This document shows positions 1 to 7,916 of a stretch of 64,000 nt of DNA, piece after piece. The translations under genes and the position numbers were made by a program. Position 1 is the stretch's first letter, and each line of letters begins with the position of its first letter. Origin of the DNA: an uncultured delta proteobacterium (GTDB lineage: Bacteria; Desulfobacterota; Binatia; UBA9968); contig CAVYTU010000015.1 of the NCBI GenBank assembly GCA_963771465.1, positions 1,024,001-1,088,000 of the forward strand, given 5' to 3'. The notes under the pieces are model-generated. The model made no database searches. It was not told where the DNA came from and was given only the letters and a program-made list of their open reading frames with translations.

Positions 1-320
1 CCGCGCTGCCGGCGGGAAATGAAATCAGCGCCGAACCGACAACCAAAGAGACGGTCGCGCGCTCCGGCGATTCGTTTACGATCGGCTTCAAAGTCGCCAA
101 CCCAACGAGCAAAGAGATCGTGACGCGCATCGTTCATCGCGTCGAACCCAAAGAGCTGGCGCCCTATTTGGATTTGGTCGAGTGCGCGCTCTTACTGCCG
201 GTGCGAGTGGGGCCGGGTGAAGAGCAGCTGTTCAACAGCACCTATCTCGTCCGCGGCGACTTACCCGACGGTGCGAAAACGCTCAAAGTCACTTATGAGT
301 TCAAGGTTGAGAGTAACTGA
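1..320 (+). CDS. Cox11/CtaG-like copper assembly protein, 5' partial
   Basis: Frame is open from base 3: LPAGNEISAEPTTKETVARSGDSFTIGFKVANPTSKEIVTRIVHRVEPKELAPYLDLVECALLLPVRVGPGEEQLFNSTYLVRGDLPDGAKTLKVTYEF. By eye it aligns with the Cox11 Ig-like domain (N-P-[ST], V-x-P, Y-x-x-x-[IV]-E-C, P-G-E, terminal L-x-x-Y-x-F). Adjacent to SCO. Confidence 0.6.
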   Translation, partial: ALPAGNEISAEPTTKETVARSGDSFTIGFKVANPTSKEIVTRIVHRVEPKELAPYLDLVECALLLPVRVGPGEEQLFNSTYLVRGDLPDGAKTLKVTYEFKVESN

Positions 321-915
321 ACAGCTTGGCGCCGCGATGCTCGCGGTCGCTTTGCTACCATCGACAGCTCGGTCGCATATCCCGATCCCGCCCAAACAGC
401 CAAGCGAAATCGGCCGGCGCGTCGTCAAAACCGCTGTGCCCGATTTCAAACTGACCGATCAGAACGGTAAACAATTCCAACTCAGTAGCAAACGGGGAAA
501 TCTAGTTCTCACGACGTTTATCTTCACCACCTGCCCCGACGTATGTCCGCTATTTACCGCCAAGTTTGCCGCGATCCAGCGCGCCTTGGACGACAGAAAA
601 TTCAAAGACTATTGGTTGCTCAGCATCACCACCGACCCGGAGCATGACAACGCAGCGGCATTGAAGGATTACGCCAACCGGTTCAAAGCCGACTCAGCCC
701 ACTGGTCGTTTCTCACCGGCACGCGGTCGGATTTGACAAAAACGTGGAAAGCCTTTGGCGTCAACGTCACCAGGACCGAAGCTGGACAGGTTTTTCACAC
801 TGCACTCACCACTCTCATCGATCGGCGCGGCAACCGCCGAGTCGATTATTACGGTGACAAATGGCTCGACCAAGAAGTGCTCAAGGATATCCAGTGGCTG
901 AGCTCGCAAAAATGA
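307..915 (+). CDS. SCO family copper chaperone (paralog 1)
   Basis: Signal peptide-like N-terminus, PDFKLTDQNG, FIFTTCPDVCP (CxxxC), SITTDPEHD and the distal His (VFHT). Start is TTG 307 or ATG 337. Confidence 0.92.
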   Translation: MRVTEQLGAAMLAVALLPSTARSHIPIPPKQPSEIGRRVVKTAVPDFKLTDQNGKQFQLSSKRGNLVLTTFIFTTCPDVCPLFTAKFAAIQRALDDRKFKDYWLLSITTDPEHDNAAALKDYANRFKADSAHWSFLTGTRSDLTKTWKAFGVNVTRTEAGQVFHTALTTLIDRRGNRRVDYYGDKWLDQEVLKDIQWLSSQK

Positions 916-1478
916 TCCCGCGCCGAGCGTTAACGCTTTTTCTTACACTGCTATTCACTCATTGCCTTGTAACACCGGCAAGCGCAGCCCAGCGCGAGCA
1001 AGGCGTGCTGGAGATTCAAATCAAAGATCATCGCGACGCGATCGGCGATTTCGCGAAGCTAAATATCACCATCGAGAAATTCTCAATTAGCCCGAAACCA
1101 GCGTTAAAGATTTGGCAACCCAACTGGAAAGAAATCAGCTCCACATCCTCACCGGTTGACTTGACCCAATATGTAGGAAACAAAACTGCAAGAATATTTC
1201 GCGGCACGATTGATGCCGGATCGTTTGATGCATTTCACCTAAAGATCAAAACAATCGACGGACTCTTGAAGAAAAAACAGCGCTCCGTACGGGTGAAAGA
1301 CAAGACCGGTCCGGTTAAACTTTCTTTCGACATCAAACCAAAGGGCGAAACCATTTTGATTCTCGACTTCGTGGTATCGGATATGTCCGATCACCCACCG
1401 CTCGGTTATGAACTCGGAATACGGGGGCTCGAACTTTTTACCAACGGCAAGCTCGTTGAGAAAATCCCGCCGGGGTAA
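912..1478 (+). CDS. DUF4382-like exported protein
   Basis: ATGA overlap with the SCO stop; signal peptide ending ASA; the G-x-L-x-I-x-I-x-D, VDLT and terminal ILDF pattern is typical of DUF4382. Confidence 0.6.
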   Translation: MIPRRALTLFLTLLFTHCLVTPASAAQREQGVLEIQIKDHRDAIGDFAKLNITIEKFSISPKPALKIWQPNWKEISSTSSPVDLTQYVGNKTARIFRGTIDAGSFDAFHLKIKTIDGLLKKKQRSVRVKDKTGPVKLSFDIKPKGETILILDFVVSDMSDHPPLGYELGIRGLELFTNGKLVEKIPPG

Positions 1479-1700
1479 ATCATCAATCCAGAATGAAGGT
1501 TCTTTTCTGTTTTATCTTCTCCTTTTTTCCTTCCTCCTCATTCGCTTCTGGCAATATTGACCTTTACTGCCTACCCATCACACGCTAGCGTGAGAGGATC
1601 GCACCAGCATCGTTGTCAGGAGTTCATTCGCCGATCGACCTCGGTTGACTGGTTTCTCCACCGCTCGTATCTTGTAGCTTACTGAAGCTCGGCCGGCTCA

Positions 1701-3245
1701 ATGACAGTGTACAAAAATCCCGAGAACATCTCCGAATCGGCAACGCCATGGTTACTGCTCACATTGCTGTGTCTCGGGGGAGGCTTCCTTCGGTTCTACA
1801 ACTTCTGGAATTCCCCGATGTGGGTTGATGAATACGGGAGTTGGTGGATTGTATCAGCTCCTACTTGGAGTGAAGTGACCGAGCGAGCCCTGAAAACTCA
1901 GGGTCAGTCCCCTTTTTATTATGTTCTGGTCAAATTTTTCACAAATTTTTTGGGCGAAGGCCCTTTTCAGTTGCGCCTACCTTCTGTCATTTTTGGTATC
2001 GCTAGCCTCGCCCTCGTGTACCCCATAGCAATTCGAACATTTCAACACCGACAAGTAGCGCTCACGGCAGTTGTGGTATTTAGTCTTAGCGAGCGTCTCA
2101 TATGGTATTCTCAAAATGCCAGGCCCTACGCTCTTGCACTTCTTTTAACAATGCTCTCGTTTTTGTTTTTTCACTCCACCGCACATGCCAAGTCGATAAG
2201 CCACAAAATCGGATACGTGCTAGCGACCTCATTACTGATCTATGCACATTTTGTGTTCTGCTTTATCGCTATTATTCAGGTTATCTACCTAATATTCACA
2301 AAAGGTTGGCGCGAGAGCTTCTCTAAGACCTGGCTCCTTCCATTTCTCTGTATTGCATTTCTTTGCCTACCTCTTACCAGCCAATTGATCAGTTTATTTA
2401 AGCGGCGAGCTACTCTAGATTGGGTGCCCTACGTAGATCGACCAAATATAGTTGTTCAGTCTTTTTTGATTCTATTTGACCTATGTCACCCCTGGATATT
2501 TCTGGTCACGATTGCTGCCCTATTTTCCGTCGGCTTTAGACGCAATGAGCCACACGAGTTGAGCCGACGAGAAGGTCTTCGGCTTTTTTCGTGGTGGTTT
2601 ATTTTCCCCTTCGTCGTTTTTAGTACAATTCCGTCGTTGCTCGGGATAACACTTTTTCACCCCCGATATTTACTTTTCACCTATCCCGCAGCGTTTTTCC
2701 TGTTAGCTTGGTTCATGAACCATGTAAAACCAACTGATTGGCGCAGATGGATCCCAACTCTGGCATTTGCGATGTCGAGCACTATCTTTATCTTGATTCC
2801 TTCGCTCGGTAGGTCCGGTGCCTTCAGTTCCGGTTCGCGATGGGATTGGACCGACGCAGTGCGGGTGTTGGCGACATCAGCCAAACCCACAGATCTGATT
2901 ATATATCGTACTGGGTTAGTTGAGGCTGATTTGTTTGCCGCCGGTTCTCCAAAATCCTATCTACAATCCTATGTTGGCTGGCCGATAATCGCCAACCTAC
3001 CAACAGGTCACTCGTACGAGCTCGTCAGTTTACCTTTTCGATTGGGCGATCACACCCGCGCGTATTTTGTCTCCGTCGCGAAACTGGCAAGTCATTACAA
3101 TCGTGTATGGGTCATAGGTGAGGGAGAATTAACAGCACTCTTTGTCAAAACAATGATCTCAGACTATCGATTTCGCGGCGTACATAACTCCTCCCATGAG
3201 AAAGTGCAAGTCACGTTGTTGGAAGGAACTTTACTCGGTCCTTAG
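1701..3245 (+). CDS. GT-C fold membrane glycosyltransferase (GT39/ArnT/PMT-like)
   Basis: LRFY...W-x-DE, P-F-Y-Y, LRLPS and YSQ-x-ARPY motifs; many TM segments; AT-richer than the flanks. Confidence 0.85.
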   Translation: MTVYKNPENISESATPWLLLTLLCLGGGFLRFYNFWNSPMWVDEYGSWWIVSAPTWSEVTERALKTQGQSPFYYVLVKFFTNFLGEGPFQLRLPSVIFGIASLALVYPIAIRTFQHRQVALTAVVVFSLSERLIWYSQNARPYALALLLTMLSFLFFHSTAHAKSISHKIGYVLATSLLIYAHFVFCFIAIIQVIYLIFTKGWRESFSKTWLLPFLCIAFLCLPLTSQLISLFKRRATLDWVPYVDRPNIVVQSFLILFDLCHPWIFLVTIAALFSVGFRRNEPHELSRREGLRLFSWWFIFPFVVFSTIPSLLGITLFHPRYLLFTYPAAFFLLAWFMNHVKPTDWRRWIPTLAFAMSSTIFILIPSLGRSGAFSSGSRWDWTDAVRVLATSAKPTDLIIYRTGLVEADLFAAGSPKSYLQSYVGWPIIANLPTGHSYELVSLPFRLGDHTRAYFVSVAKLASHYNRVWVIGEGELTALFVKTMISDYRFRGVHNSSHEKVQVTLLEGTLLGP

Positions 3246-3493
3246 GCACATCAATGCATAATTTTCCATCACAATTCTCTGCTTCAAGATGACCTAAAAA
3301 AGAGCAGCGATTACAAACAACGCGTTTCCAGAAACAAGGGATGACACCATGGAAACTCCGATGTCGACCTGTAAAGCAATTTAAGCAATAAGCTTGGCGC
3401 GTGCTCGAGAACGTTGAAAGTTACCTAGAGCGAATGGGCATCATTCTCCGAGAGATTGTGCTTGCTACAAAAGTGGTACCCAATCGAGAGCCC

Positions 3494-3735
3494 GTCTCTA
3501 CACAAACCGTAAAATTCTAGAATGCCTTCTGTTCAGATTTTTCCCGATCATGGATGCTTCAAATAACCTATTTCTATTATTCAGCGCCGCGTCGTCGTCC
3601 TGGAGATCGTGCTCGGAACGGCGCTTCGGCTGAAGTTTGAACCACAACCTCTGCTTGGGCCGTGGAATGACAACGGCCCGGACGGGCTAAAACAGTACGG
3701 TGCGGTGCCAGATTTTAGCTTGATGGAGCGGCGCG
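3494..3735 (+). pseudogene. Degenerate duplicate of the leader and 5' end of the second SCO gene (5145-5390)
   Basis: 3580-3730 aligns with 5231-5383 (identical run GTGGAATGACAACGGCCCGGACGGGCTAAA); the copy has indels and is truncated. Confidence 0.88.
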
Positions 3736-3737
3736 TT

Positions 3738-3930
3738 GCATGCAATTGAGAATATTTCCCAACGTGTAAACCCCCGATAAGTGCCAATCCGAGAATGTAC
3801 CCACTCTGAAGGTTTGCCCAAAGGACCAGGAGAATTGGAAACAGGGAGTAGTGGAATTTCTTACTCTCGGTTTGATGGGACTCGATAAATTGTCTAGCGA
3901 GCCAGTGAACAAAGAAGTCAGCGGTGGCTT
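3738..3930 (-). pseudogene. Fragment of a membrane protein with an LWANL-x-x-G motif (GT-C-like family)
   Basis: Minus strand reads LFPILLVLWANLQSGYILGLALIG, resembling the LWANLHGGF motif of uncharacterised polytopic membrane proteins; no proper start or end. Confidence 0.55.
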
Positions 3931-4012
3931 GAACTCTACACAAACGGTACGCTAATCGAATTTCCGTCGATATATGTTTTGCAAGAACAGAACGATCGAC
4001 CAGTGCGCACAG

Positions 4013-4984
4013 CTAGTTTTTTACAACGCGAATAATCATGATGGGATTATAGGATTCATCGCCAAACGCTAAACTCCATTCACTCGAACAGTTCAGACAT
4101 TGATCACCACGTGAAGTGAACCAAAGCAGCACTTCATGATATGAGACCGAAGTACAAGCATCGCTATCGTTAACCCAGTATTGCTCATAGTTCGCGTCTA
4201 ACTTGATAAAGTGCAGACGTGATGGCCCACCGCCAAACCGAGAGCCCAGAGAGCGCAAAAAGCGCACCTGGCGGGATTGAAGGTTGTAGAACGCTGAGGA
4301 GTCGGCGATCAAGGTCGTCGCTTTCTTGAGCTTGCCCCAAATGTTGAAATCGCTGTAGGGCCGCACACGATAGCCTTGTGCGGCGTAACGATCGACGTCG
4401 TTGCCGACGAGAAGAAGAATATGTCCACCCGGTTTAACGACACGTCGCATTTCCAGGAGCGCTTTTTCAGGGTTGGGAATATGTTCCAGCACCCAGATCG
4501 ACCACAGCGCGTCAAATGAATTATCTGGAAACGGCATATTGGTCGCCGACGCTTCGACAAATGGTTTATGAAAAAAATGACGCGCGGTTGCCGAAATATC
4601 CAGAGCCGTGTAATCATCGACGATATCTTGGAGAAGGCCGCTTCCAGCGCCAACTTCCAAAACTTTTTTGTCTTTCAATCCAAACTTCGCAACAAACTCA
4701 GCGACGGTTGCCGGAATCTTCGCCCTGAAAGCTGCATCCCGCGCAATGTCGATATAGAATTTATCCTGTGCCGATACGGGCACAGTCGAGGATGGTGGGA
4801 TTGTGTCCTTGGTCAGCTTGGATTCGCTGGAATAGGCCTGCTCATAAAAGCGACGAGGCTCCGAGTTCAACGATTCATCACCTTGTGGATCGATACTCCA
4901 GGGAAAGGTTATCGCGGTTGCGATGGCACTGGCGAGTACTAGGCATGTATAGCCAATTATCAAAAAACACCTGATTGGTTTCAT
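4013..4984 (-). CDS. Class I SAM-dependent methyltransferase with an N-terminal membrane anchor
   Basis: VLEVGAGSG motif I, LDIS, MPFPDNSFD, VLEHIPNPEKALLEMRRVVKPGG; hydrophobic N-terminus. Confidence 0.88.
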   Translation of the reverse strand: MKPIRCFLIIGYTCLVLASAIATAITFPWSIDPQGDESLNSEPRRFYEQAYSSESKLTKDTIPPSSTVPVSAQDKFYIDIARDAAFRAKIPATVAEFVAKFGLKDKKVLEVGAGSGLLQDIVDDYTALDISATARHFFHKPFVEASATNMPFPDNSFDALWSIWVLEHIPNPEKALLEMRRVVKPGGHILLLVGNDVDRYAAQGYRVRPYSDFNIWGKLKKATTLIADSSAFYNLQSRQVRFLRSLGSRFGGGPSRLHFIKLDANYEQYWVNDSDACTSVSYHEVLLWFTSRGDQCLNCSSEWSLAFGDESYNPIMIIRVVKN

Positions 4985-5203
4985 ATAATCGTCACCGCGG
5001 GTTGACTAATCTTGCGCGAAAAAGCTGTAGCAGAGATTAGATCTCGCATCCCTCGGATCATCGTACTGAATTCTAACAGATGATGAGCCACGACGTCAGC
5101 AAAAATACTCCCACCGGAGAACTAGACACAGCAATCTTTCCATCGACTCTACACAAACGCTTAATTTCCCGATAAAATCCCGTCTGGCTAATCTGCTCCG
5201 CTC

Positions 5204-5848
5204 ATGAACGATTCAAAACGTTTCTTGTTATTCAGCACCGCGGTCGTCGTCCTGGGGATCGTGCTCGGCACGGCGCTTTGGTTGAAGCTCGAACCGCAGC
5301 GTCAACTCGGGGCGTGGAATGACAACGGCCCGGACGGGCTAAAGCAGTACGGCGCGGTGCCGGAATTTTCCTTGATGGAGCGGAGCGGCGCCGGCGTCGA
5401 TCTTGCCCAGTTGCGTGGCAAGATCTGGGTTGCTGACTTTATCTACACGACTTGCACCGACACCTGTCCGTTGCAAACCGGCATGATGGCAAGGTTGCAA
5501 GAAGAGTACGCCTCCAAGCCCGATGTCCATTTAGTTTCGGTCACCGTCGATCCCGAACGTGACACGCCCCAGACTTTGTCGCTCTACGCCGCAAAGCATG
5601 GAGCGGATGCCAAGCGCTGGTTATTTTTAACCGGACAACGAGATCGCATCATGAATCTGATTCGCGACGGTTTTCATTTAAGCGTGGCAACCTTGCCCAA
5701 CAGCGCCGAGCCAACCGGCATGATCCCGCACAGCCCGCGCTTTGTTCTGATCGACAAAGAGGCGCGTATCCGTGGCTATTATGACAGCCGCGAACTCGAA
5801 GCGTTTGTCCGGCTGAAAAATGACATTGACACGTTATTGAAAAGTTAA
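5204..5848 (+). CDS. SCO family copper chaperone (paralog 2, membrane anchored)
   Basis: N-terminal TM, FIYTTCTDTCP (CxxxC), VTVDPERDTP, IPHSPRFVLID (His ligand). Confidence 0.93.
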   Translation: MNDSKRFLLFSTAVVVLGIVLGTALWLKLEPQRQLGAWNDNGPDGLKQYGAVPEFSLMERSGAGVDLAQLRGKIWVADFIYTTCTDTCPLQTGMMARLQEEYASKPDVHLVSVTVDPERDTPQTLSLYAAKHGADAKRWLFLTGQRDRIMNLIRDGFHLSVATLPNSAEPTGMIPHSPRFVLIDKEARIRGYYDSRELEAFVRLKNDIDTLLKS

Positions 5849-5863
5849 AAGGAGCCTGTCCCG

Positions 5864-6739
5864 ATGGCGCAAGAGACCAGAAGCAAGAAAGGTAAGCAAC
5901 CGGCGGCAAAAGGATTATTACGCGCCGGACCGAATTGGCCGCTGTTTATTCTTGCTCTGCTCGGCATGGTGTTGTCCGGCTACCTCACTTTTACCGCTTG
6001 GCAAGGCAGGCTCGTCGCCTTTTGCACCGAAGGCGCCGGCTGCGACCTCGTGCTTAACAGCCGTTGGTCGACGCTGTTCGGCATGCCGACATCTTTTTGG
6101 GGTTTTCTCACCTATGGTTTGCTCGCCGCGGTGGCATGGAACCGTTATGCCGATAATCAGTGGCGCTGGGCTTGGGTCATTTCGCTCTTCGGCTTGCTGT
6201 TCAGTTCCTATTTGACAGCTATTTCATTTTTTGAGCTCAAGGCCGCTTGTCCCTATTGCCTCGCGTCGCTCGGCATTATGGCGGCGATCTTCGTCATGAC
6301 AACCCTGCAACGTCCGGCGAATCTACCCAAATTTTCTTGGGGGCCATGGCTCGGCAAATCACTCGGCGCGGCGGCCGCAGTGATCATCGCGCTTCATCTC
6401 TATTTCGCCGGGTATTGGGGCGACGCGCCGGGACCGGAAGATCCCTGGGTCAGGAATCTGGCTGAACATTTGACCCGGTCAGACGTCAAATTCTACGGCG
6501 CCTCATGGTGCCCGCATTGCCAAGATCAGAAAAAATTGTTCGGCAGCTCTGTGAACCGAATACCATATATCGAATGTAGCCCAGGCGGGCCCAATACGCC
6601 CCAAGCAGCGGAATGTAAGACAAAGGGTATTCAGACCTATCCCACTTGGATCGTTAACGGTCAGCGGCATACCGGCGTGTTACCCCTCGATACCTTGGCC
6701 CAACTGAGCAAATTCAACTACCAGGGAGGAAAGCCGTAA
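5864..6739 (+). CDS. Vitamin K epoxide reductase (VKOR) domain fused to a thioredoxin-like domain
   Basis: Loop Cys pair C-TEGAG-C followed by VLNSRWS, membrane CPYC motif, then C-terminal FYGASWCPHC...IEC...C...IQTYPTWIVNG. Confidence 0.93.
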   Translation: MAQETRSKKGKQPAAKGLLRAGPNWPLFILALLGMVLSGYLTFTAWQGRLVAFCTEGAGCDLVLNSRWSTLFGMPTSFWGFLTYGLLAAVAWNRYADNQWRWAWVISLFGLLFSSYLTAISFFELKAACPYCLASLGIMAAIFVMTTLQRPANLPKFSWGPWLGKSLGAAAAVIIALHLYFAGYWGDAPGPEDPWVRNLAEHLTRSDVKFYGASWCPHCQDQKKLFGSSVNRIPYIECSPGGPNTPQAAECKTKGIQTYPTWIVNGQRHTGVLPLDTLAQLSKFNYQGGKP

Positions 6740-7206
6740 TGCACGTGTCGTCGGGGAAACAAATATTAATCTTCGCTCTCGTCCTGAGTTGGAGTGCGAT
6801 GGCAATCCAGACAAATGCCAATGCCGATCCGTCGAAGTATCCGGAGTTTGCCCAGCAAACTCTGCCGGAAAACGTTACGCCGGCTTTTATCAACGTCGAC
6901 GAATTGGTCGAACTGGTGAAGGCCGGCACCAAGCCGATGATCATCGATGTGCGCACGGACGAAGAGTTCAAAGAAGCGCATATCCTAGGCGCCATGTCCG
7001 CGCCGCTCGCGGAATTCAAAAATTTCGTCAAAGACATTCCTCGCGATCGGCCGGTCGCGCTCTATTGAGCCTGTCCCCATCACCTGGCCAGTTTGGCCTA
7101 TGGCATTCTTTATGAAAACGGTTACCGCAACATGAAAGTGCTCGACGAAGGCATCAAAGGTTGGCACGAAAAACGCTACCCGATGGCCGGAACCCTGTTC
7201 CGTTAA
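6739..7206 (+). CDS. Exported rhodanese-domain selenoprotein (Sec at UGA 7066-7068, YUACP), 155 aa
   Basis: Signal peptide and IIDVR...AHILGA rhodanese motifs. The UGA falls at the active-site Cys position (VALY-U). The frame continues ACPHHLASLAYGILYENGYRNMKVLDEGIKGWHEKRYPMAGTLFR to TAA 7204-7206, 9 nt before queC. Confidence 0.85.
7077..7103 (+). promoter_or_regulatory. Candidate bacterial SECIS element
   Basis: Lower stem CCAT/ATGG, upper stem GGCCA/TGGCC, apical loop GUU starting 22 nt after the UGA with G in the first loop position. Confidence 0.65.
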
Positions 7207-7215
7207 GCGTGACCG

Positions 7216-7908
7216 ATGGCCGGCACAGACGCTGTTATCCTTTTGAGCGGCGGCATCGATTCCACTACTGCCGCGGCCATCGCTATACAACAAGGCTATC
7301 AACTGCACGCTCTGACCTTTTGCTATGGCCAACGCCACCAACGAGAAATCGAGTCGGCCAAGCGCGTTGCAAGTTTTCTACCGGCCAAAACGCACCGCGT
7401 CATCGAATTCGATCTGAGGTCGATCGGCGGCTCCGCGCTGACCGATCAAATCGCGGTACCCAAAGGACGGAATGACCAGGAGATCGCCGACGGCATTCCG
7501 ATCACTTACGTGCCGGCACGCAACACGATTTTTTTATCCTTCGGTTTGGCGCTGGCGGAGCGCGTCGGCGCGGCGGATATTTTTTTTGGCGCCAACCAAC
7601 TCGACTACAGCGGCTATCCGGACTGCCGCGAAGAATATATCGCGGCTTTCGAAAACATGGCCAACCTTGCCACCCAAGCCGGAGTCGAAGGCAAGACCCG
7701 ACTAAAAATCCACGCGCCGTTGCTCCAGATGACTAAAGCGGACATCATTAACAAAGGCTTGGAACTCGGCCTCGATTACGGCCTCACGTGGAGCTGCTAC
7801 GATCCGGGAAATAATGGAATAGCCTGCGGCCTGTGCGACAGTTGCCGGCTGCGGCTCAAGGGATTTCAAGCAGCCGGCCGCGTCGATCCGATCGCTTACG
7901 CGCGCTAA
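7216..7908 (+). CDS. queC: 7-cyano-7-deazaguanine synthase
   Basis: LSGGIDSTT, YGQRH, TYVPARN, SGYPDCR, TWSCY...CGLCDSC. Confidence 0.97.
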   Translation: MAGTDAVILLSGGIDSTTAAAIAIQQGYQLHALTFCYGQRHQREIESAKRVASFLPAKTHRVIEFDLRSIGGSALTDQIAVPKGRNDQEIADGIPITYVPARNTIFLSFGLALAERVGAADIFFGANQLDYSGYPDCREEYIAAFENMANLATQAGVEGKTRLKIHAPLLQMTKADIINKGLELGLDYGLTWSCYDPGNNGIACGLCDSCRLRLKGFQAAGRVDPIAYAR

Positions 7909-7916
7909 GTCTAAAT

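Larger units (their letters stand above)
3496..5158 (+). repeat. 12-bp direct repeat CTCTACACAAAC, three copies (3496-3507, 3934-3945, 5147-5158)
   Basis: Exact matches read from the sequence; each copy lies at a boundary between unrelated segments. Confidence 0.85.

Noticed and set aside
3496-5158. CRISPR or integron interpretation of the CTCTACACAAAC repeats
   Set aside because: Only 12 bp, irregular spacing, no cas or intI gene, and no attC-like palindrome seen.
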